IMG/VR virus record: IMGVR_UViG_3300036832_001488
Span: 12,915-76,914 of that record
Origin: a virus
Strand: one strand, 5' to 3'
Length of the DNA stretch: 64,000 bases
Shown: positions 62,085 to 64,000 of the stretch, piece by piece
Layout of the letters: each line of letters begins with the position of its first letter
Position numbering within the stretch: the stretch's first letter is position 1
Program-made: the position numbers and the translations under genes
Notes under the pieces: model-generated
What the model was told of the DNA's origin: nothing
The model's database searches: none
What the model saw: only the letters and a program-made list of their open reading frames with translations

Positions 62085-62433
62085 TGGCCAGTTTGCGCTT
62101 GCCCAGGTCGACCTGCAAGACCTGGGCTGCGGCTAAGCAAAGGTCACGAAATACCCGGTCCAGCTCTTCCTGGGTGGGATTCTCCTCTGGTCTGGGCAAC
62201 GGGAACGGATCGGCCTTGGGCCGGTAAAGGCGGGGCACGCTGGAGACCATCCTAGTGCCTGCCATCATCGGCGGGATCTCCTCCAGCGGCCCAGGATAAA
62301 GTTTCATGTGCCACTCAGGAGCCGGGAAGAACTCGACGTTGAGTTCAGCGCCCAGGTACTTCACGCAGTAATGGTGCAGACTACCCGTCCATCCTGCGTA
62401 GATGTTGTAGAGACGCTGTTCTTCAGAGGTCAT
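62029..62433 (-). CDS. hypothetical protein
   Basis: ATGA-coupled ORF in - operon. Confidence 0.45.
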   Translation of the reverse strand: MTSEEQRLYNIYAGWTGSLHHYCVKYLGAELNVEFFPAPEWHMKLYPGPLEEIPPMMAGTRMVSSVPRLYRPKADPFPLPRPEENPTQEELDRVFRDLCLAAAQVLQVDLGKRKLANGMGPSDTAASRRRLDES

Positions 62434-62852
62434 GGGTCAACCCAACCGACCGCCGTGCTGTAGTACCACCAGTGATACTCGCCCTTGGTGGAAAGTCCTA
62501 TAATCTTCTCTCCTGCGTAGTAAGGCGGGGGCGGGATAATTCTAGGGCTAGGCTGCGGACCAAAGCGTGCCAAGCCAAACTCTATAATGCTGGGAAAAGT
62601 AAGGAAGCCGATTACGAAAATAAGAGCGCAGCACTGCGTAGTAATGGCGCGCTTCTTTGCTCGAATCGCTTCGTAATGTTTAAAGCCTAGATACTCCTCC
62701 TTTTTTGGTTTAGGAGGTTTGGGTGGCGAGGGCCGTGCAGGTTCTGGCGGCGGTGCCACCGGTCGCGGGAAAGAGACCTCCTCTCCCATAGTCCGGCGCG
62801 CACGGTAGAAGCTTATTCCAAGAGGCGGGAGTCGTTCTTGCGTATTTTCCAT
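62430..62852 (-). CDS. membrane protein
   Basis: one TM segment (ALIFVIGFLTFPSII). Confidence 0.45.
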   Translation of the reverse strand: MENTQERLPPLGISFYRARRTMGEEVSFPRPVAPPPEPARPSPPKPPKPKKEEYLGFKHYEAIRAKKRAITTQCCALIFVIGFLTFPSIIEFGLARFGPQPSPRIIPPPPYYAGEKIIGLSTKGEYHWWYYSTAVGWVDP

Positions 62853-64000
62853 ATCTCTGGGTTCACGCCTTCTTTCTCGGCAATAGGAGCCAGCTCGCGA
62901 ATCTCAGCCCGATTTTGATACCTGCGCCGACCAATCGCGAGTTTGATTTCTTCGGCGAGGCCTTGTGAGGTGACGTTTTCGGTGTCGATCCCCATACGGT
63001 GGAGGACCGAGAGGGTGAAGACACTGGGCGGGCGGCACTCTTTTTTAAAGACCGGTTCGTAAGTGAGGAGCCGGTGTTCGCCGGTACTCGCTGCGAGATA
63101 TTTATAATCCAGTCGGCCTTCGCGAAAGGTGGCGGCGTTTGCTAAACGCCGCGCAATGGCCTCCTCTCTCTCCCGCTGGATAGCGGCTTTGATAGAGGCA
63201 AGCGAATAGTCCTTATTCTTCTTGGCCCGTTTTTCGATCTCCTCAGCCTCCTCTTGGTTCTCGGCAATCAGGAACGAAGGAGTGACCAGATCATGGTCGG
63301 TCGACAACCACAGAGGATCGATTATGAGCGCGTCTGGTTTGGGACTGGATGCAATAGCTTCCAAGCGCCCTGAAACGCTTTCCTGGGCGTCCACAAGGCC
63401 GGGAAGAGGCCTTGTGGACCTGCCCACTACTTGCTGATACAACACCTTGGACCGGGTAGGCCTGAGGCATAGCGTGGCGTCACATACCGGGAAGTCGACT
63501 CCCGTATGCAACAGGTTGGAATTGGAAAGGAGCTGGATGCGGCCATCCTTGAAAGCCTGCAACTTCTGAGCCCTTTGAGGATCTTCGCCGTCCACGTGGA
63601 CGGCATTAATTCCGGCGGCTACGCAGGCTGCTACAAATTTCTGCGAGCTGGCCACTAACGGCAGGAAGGCCAGGATGTGCCGCTTGGAATGTGCGCGAGC
63701 CAGTTCCTCTGCGATCTCCTTGAAGTAAGGCAGGATGGCATCGGCAGCGTCTTGGAGATCGTAGTCTTTGCCCTCGACCGACTGCTTAATGCGGACCTGG
63801 GCGAGGCTGATAGCCGACTCCAGCTTGTAGACGTGGTCCGGGTTCACTAGCCAGCCTTCGTCTACCAACTCAAAGAGGTTCTTGCGGTAGGCCTCGGCCT
63901 CGTAGATATCGCGAAGGAGCTTGGCGTCACTTCGGAACGGAGTGGCCGTGATGCCGCAAACCTTGGCAGACCCAAAATCCGGAAGATCCGCTGCCAGCTT
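62813..64000 (-). CDS. SF2 DEAD/DEAH-like helicase (5' end outside window)
   Basis: GITATPFRSD (motif III, ~63930-63957), LAFLP, LLHTGVDFP, RPTRSKVLYQQVVGRSTR. Confidence 0.9.
   Translation of the reverse strand, partial: KLAADLPDFGSAKVCGITATPFRSDAKLLRDIYEAEAYRKNLFELVDEGWLVNPDHVYKLESAISLAQVRIKQSVEGKDYDLQDAADAILPYFKEIAEELARAHSKRHILAFLPLVASSQKFVAACVAAGINAVHVDGEDPQRAQKLQAFKDGRIQLLSNSNLLHTGVDFPVCDATLCLRPTRSKVLYQQVVGRSTRPLPGLVDAQESVSGRLEAIASSPKPDALIIDPLWLSTDHDLVTPSFLIAENQEEAEEIEKRAKKNKDYSLASIKAAIQREREEAIARRLANAATFREGRLDYKYLAASTGEHRLLTYEPVFKKECRPPSVFTLSVLHRMGIDTENVTSQGLAEEIKLAIGRRRYQNRAEIRELAPIAEKEGVNPEIWKIRKNDSRLLE

Noticed and set aside
1-64000. Genome-wide TAG recoding (alternative genetic code)
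   Set aside because: Only one internal TAG found; long genes are intact in the standard code and several well-bounded genes end in TAG

Overview
The window is almost entirely one tailed dsDNA phage genome segment, podovirus-like: it has ejection-type internal proteins and no recognisable sheath or tail-tube module. No tRNA, rRNA, integrase or CRISPR array was seen. Layout: (1) 1-2720 (+), small accessory genes; (2) 2945-18928 (-), collagen/collar tail fibres, a DUF4082 protein, two paralogous beta-helix proteins, a GH46-type endolysin, a SAM methyltransferase and many Pro-rich microproteins; (3) 19062-59607 (+), terminase, portal, scaffold, three glycosyltransferase-like genes, major capsid protein, tail adaptor/nozzle/fibre, ejection proteins and a 2810-aa polyvalent protein; (4) 59891-64000 (mostly -), VRR-NUC nuclease and an SF2 helicase. 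Eight HNH-type endonuclease genes are scattered through it. The standout is an intact, overlapping ycaO-tfuA pair, the enzyme set known for backbone thioamidation. It sits between two predicted ejection-protein genes with no obvious RiPP cluster, suggesting phage-encoded thioamidation of virion or host proteins. Together with the capsid-adjacent glycosyl/methyltransferases, this points to a post-translationally modified virion. All family calls come from motif recognition by eye; no searches were run.
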